From NCBI RefSeq assembly GCF_009914755.1, contig NC_060925.1: a DNA stretch of 64,000 nucleotides, one strand, 5' to 3'. This document shows positions 18,224 to 29,810 of the stretch, in pieces (position 1 is the stretch's first letter; the number at the start of each line of letters is the position of its first letter). The DNA comes from the human T2T-CHM13v2.0 reference genome, Homo sapiens. Both the position numbers and the translations under genes were made by a program. The notes beneath the pieces were generated by a model. That model was given only the letters and a program-made list of their open reading frames with translations. It ran no database searches and was not told the DNA's origin.

Positions 18224-20690
18224 GCAGGTGCTACTATTTCTCTTGAACATGATTTAAATTAAAATTTGATTTTCTTCAACTTGTCATATTATGATGTTGT
18301 CTGTTGAATACAGTGTATTTAGATAACTCAGTATTACTTCCGAGGAGAGGTTAAAAAATCAGCATAGTCGTTATTATAGACCATAAGAAGAACAAGAATA
18401 CTCTAGAGGACAGATGCATCACTAATTTATACCTGTAAGCTATGTTAAGACCCTTCTAAGAACTTTGAAGAAAAATCTTTAGTAACTAATCTCAGTAACG
18501 GTTTGGGATTCAATTCAACTGTTGCTTGCTTATATTTGTAGAAAGCAAGTGTTTATTGGGAGCATACTGTTTGTCAGATGATTTGGGAAATTAGGACATA
18601 TAAAACTGATTTAGAATAATAGAAATATTCGTTAATAAGAATGGTTTAAAATTACCATTTAGTTATGGGTTTTTTATGTTTAAATGGGAAAATGAGGCTA
18701 TATTTGTGTGCCAATAAAAATGAATGAAAGTATGCCTTGGTTTGGTTATAGGTATGCTTCTTGTGATGATTTCTATTATTAGAAACCATGATTGTTTCAT
18801 GCTTTTAGCATCTGCTAAATATAGATGTTTTACCAGGTACCTCTTTCATGCAAAGTACTTTTAAAAATTACAATCTCTACTAAAAGCCTGAGTATTTTAG
18901 CTGTTCATTAAAGCCCTACTTTTGGTTTTCCTTTTGCTGGGTTAATAGGCCTACACTAAGACCCGTGTTTTGTGTATTCTCATAGAAAAGAGATAAATTT
19001 TCTCCCTAAAGGGTAGACACCTTGCCAAAGTATTTAACAATTGGGTTTTATATTTGAATACCAAGTTCAATTTTATGGTAGGTTTCTGCCATGTTTTAGT
19101 TCTTGACTTTACTCTTAATGTTTCTTAAAGAATAAAAAAAGTTTTGGTAAAGGAATTGGAATGTTCTAATTACCATCTGTATAGTTGGTACTCAGGGCTT
19201 AGGTGGGGAACTAAGTAGCTTTTACTCTGGTAAAATGTTTTTCTGGAGAAACTTTTTATGGTTCCTGGACTGATAAGTTTAAAGGACTAAAATTACATTT
19301 TGAATCTGAAATTGAGGAGCCAGAGAAAAGTGTGACTCATAAGATTTAAAGGGATAGGAGATCTCCAACACTACTAATATTGAGCAGATCTTACTACCCT
19401 GCACACAAAATTATTCTTTTTTCCTTATTTTGTAAACATAGGTCTCTCTGTAATAGCAGTGAAACATGTTATGCTGCTTTTTACTCCCCTTCCATTAGCT
19501 ATGTGTTTCTTTCAGCTTTTGAAGATCTTTTGGAGTTTCCTGTGGATTTAATGTAATAGGTCTGTCTGTCCTTTTGTCTACTTCCTCCTTTCTACTTCTC
19601 CTCTGCTTTTAAAAGTGGTAGAAAAGAAGAAAACCAATGTTACATAGAGATAGAAAGTTGTTGTGTGAGGGGTTCTATAAGTCCTGCACTCAGTATGTCA
19701 GTTTAATGTTCTGTGGTTGTTCTTTCTTCACTGGTTCCTTTTGCTGTTCTTGGAATTACAAAGGATTGCTCCTGGTCATTTAACTCTTCTTAGCACCCTG
19801 ATATTAGCACATATGAAACTTATAGTTGCTATAAAAATGAATAAATGAATCTGAAACCTGCGTTATGGCATATTTCAGTGAGGAGTGGGTTTAGTAGTTT
19901 TCTTCCCTGTAAGAAATCTGCCAATAATGTATATCAAAACTTAATAAATTATATTTGTCTAATGAGTTTCTTTTAAAAATTTTACATAAAAATATTAGTA
20001 GTCAACAGGGTGAAATATATCATGTTACAACTATTACATAAATGTAAGAGGGTTTTGAATCTTAGCATCTAATGCTGTTTTGGTTTCTGTGAAATGATAT
20101 ACTCTTGCATTGCTGGTGGCAGTGTAAATTTCTATTTTGGTGGTTTAGCATTTGCATTAAATGCAGAAGTTTATAATTATCTAATAGACTCCTTTCTAGC
20201 AGTTTATTCATAAGAAGTAATTCAAAAAATACTAGGTGAAAAATGTTTCCTGAAGTTTATTTTAACAACAACAAAAAATTTGGTATTTCTAAGATGAAAT
20301 GGCCAAGGCTTTCTAGTCAATTGGATTTAGAGTAAAGGAGACTATAGAAGATTACTAAGCTATATAGGAAGGTTCTTGTAAACTTGATGGTAAAAAATAT
20401 ATACATATATGTTTGATTTCACAAGTAAAAGTTAATTTCCAGCTTTCTCAGGATTGTTTCTTGGGTCACTACCCCCTTTTCTGAGGAATTGCCTTCCCCA
20501 TCATTAGTCCAGGTAGTTACAGTGAGAGTCAGGTCAGGCACCTCCCCTCGCGGGGCTGTCGTTCCATTTCCAGGGAATTGTAAATTTTCACAGAGAGTTC
20601 CCAGGCTTAATCTGGTTGCTCTCCTGATCGGAACCATAAACCCAGAAGCTATGGGAGACCACCTTCAACGAAGTGTACCAAGAAGCAAAC

Positions 20691-20975
20691 AGCTGGGCGC
20701 AGTGCCTTATGTCTGCAATCCCAGTGCTTTGGGAGGCCCAGGCAGGAGGATTGCTTGAGCCCAGGAATTTGAGACCAGCTTGGGCAACACAGGGAGATCC
20801 TGTCGCTACAAAAAAAAAAAAAAAAATAGGCATGGTGACACACACGCCTGTGGTTCCAGTTACTTGGGAGGCTGAGGTGGGAGCATTGCTTGGGCTTGGG
20901 AAGTCAAGGCTGCAGTGAGCTGTGGCTGTGCCACTGCACTCCAGCCTGGATGACACAGCAAGACCCTATCTGAGG
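20691..20975 (+). mobile_element. AluJ
   Basis: Sense Alu in MTF2 intron 3. Confidence 0.9.
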
Positions 20976-22281
20976 GGAAAAATAAAAGGAAGCAAACAAA
21001 GCAGAAGAGAGAGGATGAGAGACCAGAACAAACAAATAAATAGCAGAAATACAAAAGACAGATTTCTCCCCCTCCAAAAAAAGAAAAACAGTTGGTAACC
21101 TGTATGTCCGAGAGTAGAGTAATAATGAAGTAAATTGGGTTATTTCCACTAGATGTAATACTATGCAGCTATTAGAAGTTACAATTTTGAAATGAAAAAT
21201 GATTTTCATTTTCAATTTTGAGTGAAAAATGCTTTTGATAGAAGAAATATTACATAGTATTGATGAAGCATCTCGTAGTGGAGAGAACATGGATTTTGGC
21301 ACATCTGGATTTGAATCCTAGTCTTGATGTTTTCTCAGGGTCTTTGGGTTAGTTACTTTGTCTGAGCCTCAGTTCTTCTCTATAAATAGTATATTTATAA
21401 GTTAGTTGTAGAATTAAACAAAATATATCAAGATCCTACACAGTGCTTGGCCCATAGCACAAAATTATAAGTTTTTATTGTTGTTATGTATATAAAGGCT
21501 GTGTATTGTGAATTTGACTCTGCTGAAACAGACAAGATGAGAATACTGGAAATGATAATGTGTTAGGGTGGTAAATTGTATTAGAAATTTTGTGTGATTT
21601 TTTTTTTTTGAGAATAAAAATGTCTCAGGAAGAAATGCTTCACTTGTTCTGCTAAAAAAAAATTAATAATTTTGGGACCCCCAAATTTTGTTGAAATGAT
21701 ATTTTGTTAGGGTACATTATTGGATACCATATTTTCAGATTTCAGAAGCTAGAGATTAAATAATTGGTGTTCAACCTGTTTAATAAATTAGTAAGTAAAA
21801 GGAAATGCTCTGAATTGAGCGAGAAAGAGGTAGTTTACTTATCTTCCTTACTTTTTTTCTTTAATTTCATGGTATTAGTGGTGTAGGATAAGTGAATGTA
21901 TGTACATGAATAGATAAGTATTCTATAAAGTAGCTCTAGTGTTCACAAACCTTCTCTATCTGCTGTCGCCCATCCCTCATCTCCACCTTCACCTTTAAGA
22001 GTGGGAATATGAGAAATGAGTAATAAGGGAAGATGCTCAAGAGCAATTTAAATTATGCCTTCTGCCAAAAAGCAGATTAAATTATGAAAGTAGGCATGTT
22101 AAGTTAAAGGTAGAAAGAACACAGAGAGCAGAGAGATACCATTCGTGTACTTTGTCTTGTGAAGCATTATGATGTACTTAGCAAACATTGCGCATATGTG
22201 CTGCTCACTGAGTCATAAAAGTGGTTTTGTTTTATGGAATTTTTTATGACTCTCTTTTTTAATGTGTTTTAAATATTTTAG

Positions 22282-22377
22282 GAGCCACTGGAAGTGGGGA
22301 AATGGTCTGTACAATATGTCAAGAAGAGTATTCAGAAGCTCCCAATGAAATGGTTATATGTGACAAGTGTGGCCAAG
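22282..22377 (+). CDS. MTF2: MTF2 exon 4 (PHD1 start)
   Basis: ttttag|GA GCC ACT... encodes [32 protein letters not shown]. Donor AAG|GTAACC. 96 nt. Confidence 0.97.
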
Positions 22378-22581
22378 GTAACCATTGATTTCTTTTAATC
22401 TTGTTACATACTGAATGACTATGTTGAAGATTAATGACTAAAAATACTTTACATTGATAATTTGAAATTATCCTTTTTATTAATTATATTAATGTAGGAA
22501 ATAATGCTAAAATGCATTCTTGAAATTGTGTTGAAAGTATTAATGAAACCGAATTTGCTTTATGCTTTTTTTGATATTAAG

Positions 22582-22682
22582 GATATCATCAGTTGTGTCA
22601 CACACCTCATATTGATTCCAGTGTGATTGATTCAGATGAAAAATGGCTCTGTCGGCAGTGTGTTTTTGCAACAACAACAAAG
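22582..22682 (+). CDS. MTF2: MTF2 exon 5 (PHD1 end)
   Basis: attaag|GA TAT CAT... encodes [34 protein letters not shown]. Donor AAG|GTATAT. 101 nt. Confidence 0.96.
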
Positions 22683-23063
22683 GTATATTTTAAGTGTTTT
22701 GGGCTAAAGCTCTGATGGAATTTGTAAGACATTATCAACATAATGATTGTGTACACTGAAAGTTTGTTGGAATGAAATGAGCAATGAATGCTGGGTAGAA
22801 AGAGGTGCTATTTATTTGACTAATGATGCTTAAGTGACTTTTTAATGATGCTTTCACTTATTTGATGATAGTAATACGGGAATTGGTGCAGTAATTTGAA
22901 AGAAGAAAAGAAAAACAGAGATTATTATTAATCAGACAGTTTGTGATATGGTAAAAGTTTGGAAAGGAAATTTCTCCAGAAGTGTCAGAGTCGTTTTTAA
23001 AGTATAGAATTGTGTTTAAAATTTTAGCTTTCACTCTTTCACATTTTTTTCCCTCTAATGCAG

Positions 23064-23212
23064 AGGGGTGGTGCACTTAAGAAAGGACCAAATGCCAAAG
23101 CATTGCAAGTCATGAAGCAGACATTACCCTATAGTGTGGCAGACCTTGAATGGGATGCAGGTCATAAAACCAATGTCCAGCAGTGTTACTGCTATTGTGG
23201 AGGCCCTGGAGA
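23064..23212 (+). CDS. MTF2: MTF2 exon 6 (linker and PHD2 start)
   Basis: atgcag|AGG GGT... encodes [49 protein letters not shown]. Donor GA|GTAAGT. 149 nt. Confidence 0.97.
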
Positions 23213-23689
23213 GTAAGTAAATACAGTTATGTAATTCCCTTTAAGTAATTTTTATTTACTTATCTATTTTTCTTGATTATGGTGTGTGAGTGATGGTGAA
23301 TTGCAACTGCATGAACACATCAGTGAAGAAAACCAGGGGGAAAATCTATTATTTTCATAAAAAAATAATTTTCATCTAGTTTTTGATCATATCCACACAT
23401 TAAAATATTTGTATAAGTCTTATATTCTGGAAATTTAAAGTGAATTATAAATATTGTCATAAAATTAACTATTGAGGGAAAACATTTACTGCAGGGGCCC
23501 AGTATCAGTAGTTTCATTGGATGTCATATTTAATGTGATTGACCATTTAGAAACTGGTATATTTAATATTATAATTTAAATGGGAGAGTAAAAGACAAGT
23601 TTTTTAAGACATAAAATCAACATGGAACTTTTTCACAGATAGATTACTGCTTTCTTCTACGTATTTTCATTTCTTTCTTAAAGTGATAG

Positions 23690-23910
23690 GGCACAGATTG
23701 TAGTGCAGTGACATGATCATAGCTCACTGCAGCACTGAACTTCTGGGCTCAAGTTATCCTCCTGCCTCAGCCTCCGAAGTAGCTAGGACCACAGACACGT
23801 GCCACTACACCTGGCTAATTTTAAAAAGTATTTTTTTTTTGTAAAGACAGGTTCTTGCTACCTTGGCCTCCCAAAGCTGGCTGGGTTTACAGGCCTGAGC
23901 CATGCTGGCC
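23690..23910 (-). mobile_element. AluJ, partial
   Basis: Internally deleted antisense Alu. Confidence 0.8.
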
Positions 23911-24720
23911 TGGAGTAGCATTTTTATTTTCTTCCAGAACTTTTTCTTTGCATATACAGTTTGGCCAGCTGTTTGGTGCAAGAGGCCTAGCTTTTGGCCT
24001 ATCTTGGCTTTTGACATACCTTCCTAACGTTTGATTTAAATTTAGAGACTTGTGACTCTTCCTTTCATTTGAACACTTAGAGGCCATTGTAAGATTTTTT
24101 TTTTTTTTTTTTTTGAGACAGGTTCTTGCTCTGTTGCCTCGGCTGGAGTGCAGTGGCATGGTTATAGCTCACTCCAGCATTGAACTGGGCTCAAGCAATC
24201 CTCCCATCTCAGCCTCCTGAGTAGGTAGGACCACAGGCATGCGCCACCACACCCTGCTAGTTTTTTAAGTTTTTTTGTGGAAATGGAGTCTTGCTATTTG
24301 TCCACGTTGGTCTCCAACTCTTGGCCTCAAGTGATTCTCCTGCTTTGGCCTCCCAAAGTGCTGGAAATACAAGCATGATCACCACGCCTGGCCCCCACTG
24401 TAAGATTATTAATTAGCCTAATTTCAATATTGTGTCTCAGGGAATAGGAAGCTTGAGGAGAGGGAGAGGGATGGGGACTGGCTGGTTGATAGTAGTCAGA
24501 ACACATGCAACATTTAGTGATTAAGTTTGCCATCTTAGGTGGGCACGGTTTTTGGTGGCCCAAAATAGTTATAGTAGTAACATCAAAGATCACTGATCAC
24601 CATGAAAGATACAATATTAATAATAATGAAAAAGTTTGAAATATTATGGGAATTTCCAAAATGTGACACAGAGACATAAGGTGAGCACATGAACCTAGAA
24701 AAATAGTGCTAATAGACTGA
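23911..24720 (-). mobile_element. Tigger1 5' fragment interrupted by an Alu
   Basis: Minus-strand translations MASKCSNERKSHKSLNLNQ and MSKAKIGQKLGLLHQT match the Tigger1 transposase N-terminus. Confidence 0.85.
24095..24393 (-). mobile_element. AluJ inserted in Tigger1
   Basis: TSD ccattgtaagatt / ccactgtaagatt. Confidence 0.9.
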
Positions 24721-24736
24721 ATCAAGGTATAGCTCT

Positions 24737-24838
24737 GTTTGGAAATGGTGCCTTTTATTATTTTCCGATAAAGATAACCGTATCAAAGTTTGGAAATGGT
24801 GCCTTTTATTATTTTCAAATAAAGATAACCATATCAAA
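24737..24838. repeat. 51-bp tandem duplication
   Basis: Units 24737-24787 and 24788-24838, 3 mismatches. Confidence 0.93.
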
Positions 24839-25337
24839 ACCACATACTAGCTGGGTGTGGTGGTGTGTACCTGTACTGCCAGATACTTGGGAGGCTGAGG
24901 TGGGAGGATCCTTTGAACCCTGAAGTCCAGCTTGGTCAATGTAGCAATGTAGCCCTGTCTCTTAAAACAAACCCAAAATCCATGTGCTAACTGAAAAGAG
25001 AAGATATATTTCTTAGATGAAGATTCAATTTTAGCATCTTTAGCTTTCTCAAACAGATCTATAGACCATACATTGAAATATAGCTAAACCTGTCAAAAAG
25101 CCTTTATACCTGGTAGAGTCTTAGATTAGATTTATGATAATGTTAAGCAGGTTTATTAAATCGTTATATTCTTTTTATTATAGCTGACAAGAATAATAGA
25201 AACACAGTAAAGATATGAAGTGGAATGTTTATAATCTGAAAGCTGCCTAAGGCCATTTGATATTTGGGGCAAACAACAGTACCTCTGAATCTGACCTCTC
25301 CTGGGGTTTAGAGAGTTGATGTGAAAAAAAGCCCAGA

Positions 25338-25626
25338 GGCCTGGCATGGTGGCTCTCGCATGTGATCCCAGCATTTTGGGAGGCCAAGGACAGAGGATCA
25401 CCTGGGCCCAGGAATTGGAGACCAGCTCTGGCAACACAGGGAGACCTCAGTTTTACTTAAAAAAAAAATTTGCCTAGCTTGGTGGTGCATGCCTGTGGTC
25501 CTAGCTACTTGGGAGGCTGAGGTGGGAGGGTCACTTGAACTGGGAGGTTGAGGCTGCATGAGCCATGGTCATGCTGCTGCACTCCAGCCTGGACAACATA
25601 GCAATACTTGCCTCTTTAAAAAAAAA
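25338..25626 (+). mobile_element. AluJ
   Basis: Sense Alu in intron 6. Confidence 0.88.
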
Positions 25627-25936
25627 TAGCCTAGGCTTGTGTTTTAACAGAGCTCATTTGACTAGTGTAGGAGCCAGGCATTTTTGACTAGAAGTAGTAG
25701 TGTATCTTTCAAGAGCTTATAAAATTTCATGAATAAAAGAGAGAAGAGGGATGAAATAGCTGATACTATAAGCCTTTTTGGGAAAGGAAATATTTACAGT
25801 AAGTATAGTAGAAATGTGATGCTTTAATTAGAACAGTATTGTGGATTAGGCCACTTTTTTTTTTTTTTTTTTAAAGAAATGAACCTTTCCCTTAAGACAG
25901 GAATTTTAGTGTTAACTTTTTTGTTTTTTTTAATAG

Positions 25937-26032
25937 CTGGTATTTGAAGATGCTACAGTGCTGCAAATGTAAGCAGTGGTTTCATGAGGCTTGTGTGCAA
26001 TGCCTTCAAAAGCCAATGCTATTTGGAGACAG
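25937..26032 (+). CDS. MTF2: MTF2 exon 7 (PHD2)
   Basis: taatag|C TGG TAT... encodes [31 protein letters not shown]. Donor AG|GTGAGA. 96 nt. Confidence 0.97.
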
Positions 26033-26924
26033 GTGAGAAGGGCATTTGAACTTTACTGGCTGATTTTTGTCACTTTTTAATTGTGGTTATATTTGTGATT
26101 TCAGATTTCCTAAAGATAGTTTCAACAGTGATTTGGAAAGGGGTTGTCTCAGAGGGAAAATATTAAATAATATACTTAAAATATACGTAATTTTTGTGCT
26201 TTTGGATTTTATTCCAGAATGCTTTTAAGTATTATCAGTGATTACATTTGCTCCTATTGACCCATAGTACTCTAAAGTATTCTCATTGGTACCTTCCTTT
26301 AAAGAACCTCAAAGGGATAGTATTAGAATTGGAAAAGACCACAGGGCCTTGTTAAAGACACAACTATACTTTAGATATGAAAAATTTGTAAAAGCAGACT
26401 TAATGTACTTTCTATATTAGAAGAATGCAGGGTAGCACAGTGAGCTCCAGGAACAAAAAGCTAGACCACTAAGTTTGACATCTGAAAACCTGGTTTTAAA
26501 AATCTTGGCTTATGCCACTTAATTTTCTTTCTGACCTTAGGGAAGTTCACTTGTCTCTTTCGGGCTTATTATGTTATTTTGAGCGTTGAATTAAACTATG
26601 TATGTGGGGGCAGCCATCACAATTCCTGGCACACACAAGCAATTAGTAAACTATAAGTACGTGTGAGTCTGTGTGTGAACTTTGAAGGTCTCCAATGGTT
26701 AAAAACAAAGATCCTTTCTCTTCACATATGAACTGTTTCATTATTTGTTATTGGAAAAGAACTTCCTTCAATCACAGAAAGCATTATAATTTAAATTATA
26801 TTTTGTTTTGAGTATCAGTCTTTATATCAGCTGTAGGTTATTCACTTGGTGAATATTAGCTATAATTGTTAGTTTATCTCTGATGACTCAGTATAAAACT
26901 TTTTCTTTTTTTTTTTTTTCTTAG

Positions 26925-26993
26925 ATTTTATACGTTTATATGCTCTGTCTGCAGTTCTGGACCAGAATACCTCAAACGTCTACCATTACAGTG
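26925..26993 (+). CDS. MTF2: MTF2 exon 8 (PHD2 end)
   Basis: poly-T cttag|A TTT TAT... encodes [22 protein letters not shown]. Donor TG|GTAAGT. 69 nt. Confidence 0.97.
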
Positions 26994-27592
26994 GTAAGTG
27001 TGGACCTTTCTGTTAAAAGAAAGAAAAGCCATTTTCTTAAACCTACAAGTTGAAACTTTCTATATACATTTACTTGGCTTAAGTAAAAATAGGTTATTTA
27101 TGCTTGGCTTTATTTCTTTTATTTATCCTCATGCCTGATGTCATCTTCACTAAGTAACATCCACTTGTATTGCTAAATTAATAAGGCTGTTCAGTGTTGA
27201 ATGTTATAAATGAAACTTTCAGATATCCTTTAGACCTAAATTCTTACTCATATTTCTAGTTCTTTTGAACATTCAGAATACCATACAGTAGAAGAGAGAT
27301 AGGTATAACAAATATGCTAATTTCTGCTTCAATGTAGTAATTCTTGTGTGTTGGAAGTGTGATGAATTTTAGAGGTTTACTAATAAAATGCTTACAGTAA
27401 GTACTTACAAATCTTTGTTGTATTTTACATATTTTATCAACAGATAGGATTTAACCCATGAATCAAATAGTTTGGTTAAGTATGGTATATTCTGTAGCTT
27501 ATATCCGGAAGTGAAAACACAAAAATCTTGATTTTAAGTTATATTTTTTTAAAGCCAGACCCTCTTTGAATGCACTTGAAGAAGTAATTTGT

Positions 27593-27912
27593 GGCCAGGT
27601 GCGGTGGCTTTCGCCTGTAATCCCAGCACTTTGGGAGGCCGAGGTGGGTGGATCTCCTGAGGTCTGGAGTTTAAGACCAGCCTGGCCAACACGGTGAAAC
27701 CACGTTTCTACTAAAAATACAAAAAAATTTAGCCTAGCGTGGTGGTGGGCGCCTGTAATCCCAGCTACTCGGGAGGCTGAGGGAGGCTGAGGCAGGAGAA
27801 TCGCTTGAACCCACGGGGCGGAAGTTGCAGTGAGCTGACGTTGTGCCATTGTACTACTCCAGCCTGGGCAATCAGCGAAACTCTGTCTCCAAGAAAAAAA
27901 AAAAAAAAAAAA
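27593..27912 (+). mobile_element. AluS
   Basis: Sense Alu with TSD aagaagtaatt. Confidence 0.93.
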
Positions 27913-28140
27913 AGAAGTAATTCATATATCTTCTAGTTTATAGTTGCTATTCAGAATAAGTGAATGTTTAGTCACTATTTTCTAGTTATTTTTATGTGTA
28001 GTGATTTATTGTATTGTGAATATGACTATCCACCTAAATATTTCTCTTTGCATTTTAATTACTGTTTTATAAGGAAACCGTGATTTTTTAACAGTAACCA
28101 AAAACATTGTTTTGTGTATTTGATTATTTTCGGATTCCAG

Positions 28141-28264
28141 GGTAGATATAGCACACCTATGCCTTTACAACCTAAGTGTTATTCATAAGAAGAAATACTT
28201 TGATTCTGAACTTGAGCTTATGACATACATTAATGAAAACTGGGATAGATTGCACCCTGGAGAG
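28141..28264 (+). CDS. MTF2: MTF2 exon 9 (EH/winged-helix domain)
   Basis: ttccag|G GTA GAT... encodes [41 protein letters not shown]. Donor GAG|GTAGGT. 124 nt. Confidence 0.97.
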
Positions 28265-29371
28265 GTAGGTGGTCTGAGAACTAACTTCAGTAGCTACTTG
28301 ATGTCTTTTTTGTTTTGTTTTGTTTTTCAAAAAACAACTGAGACACATGTATAAGTCAGACAACTAAAATAGAATTTTATTTTTAGTTCTGGGGACAAAT
28401 AAGTTTGGTATGGATATCAGGACCAGCCTTCTCATCCTCCTGTGTGTTTGTTGCCTGTTGACTCTGGAAATTTGTAGAAGGAGGAGGTATATTATTTGAT
28501 TCTTTCATTTTCTGAAGTGAAAGTCATTGTAGTTAAAGATAGAAGGGAGGGAGAAATCTTTAGTATTGGGTATCTTACTTGTAGTTCAACCTCCTTTTCT
28601 TCTAAGTTTTCTATAAACTTAGAGATATAACCAACATTCTTCCTTCCTCTCTTGTTGGTACTCCTTTATATATTTCTGACTTGTAGGAATGGTGGGATCT
28701 AATAATATTGTTAGAAAAATGAGTTGTAGAGTGAAGCTGCCTGAATAGAAAATTATCCCCTCTCATTCTGACATCTCATTTTGCTTCTCATTTTTGAAGT
28801 GTAACTACCTATGCTGGTTTACAGTCTTTTTTTAAATGAATTTAAAAGTAATGTGTGTTCATTAAAGAAAATTTTGAAACTAATGAATAGCAGAAAGAGA
28901 AAAGTAACTAGAATAAGTTTAATAGTTAGGGACCTTATTTTTAGCTTTTATTTAGAATTACTAAAGTACATATATTAACTACTTTTAGTTAAAACTAAAA
29001 AATTTGTTTTATAATATGGAATTTGATATGTATATCTTAGTCATGCTTTTTTTTAGGTAAAAATTTTGCACACTGATTTGAAGTTTAGGAAGAATTTCTT
29101 GATTTGTAGCTTTGAGACACGAAGGACATCCTATTTCATATCAAATAGGATATCAAAGGGCTTTTTGGGGGTTTATGGGATATCAGGGAGAACATAATGC
29201 ATGATTTAGTTTGTAGTTTTAAAATCTAGGATATTATTGAAATTCAATTGATGAATTTTTGAATTCATCATTTGAGTTTTGAATGTTAGATATTGGATTA
29301 TCATACAAATTTTTGTTAAGTTTTCTGTTAAATACTTTTTTTTTAGATGAAGTCTGAGAGAAAGTGAGTGA

Positions 29372-29810
<439 letters not shown>

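Noticed and set aside
20419-20690. Overlapping ORFs on both strands in a GC-richer patch of intron 3
   Set aside because: No homology I recognise and no clean splice-site pair. Probably an old repeat.
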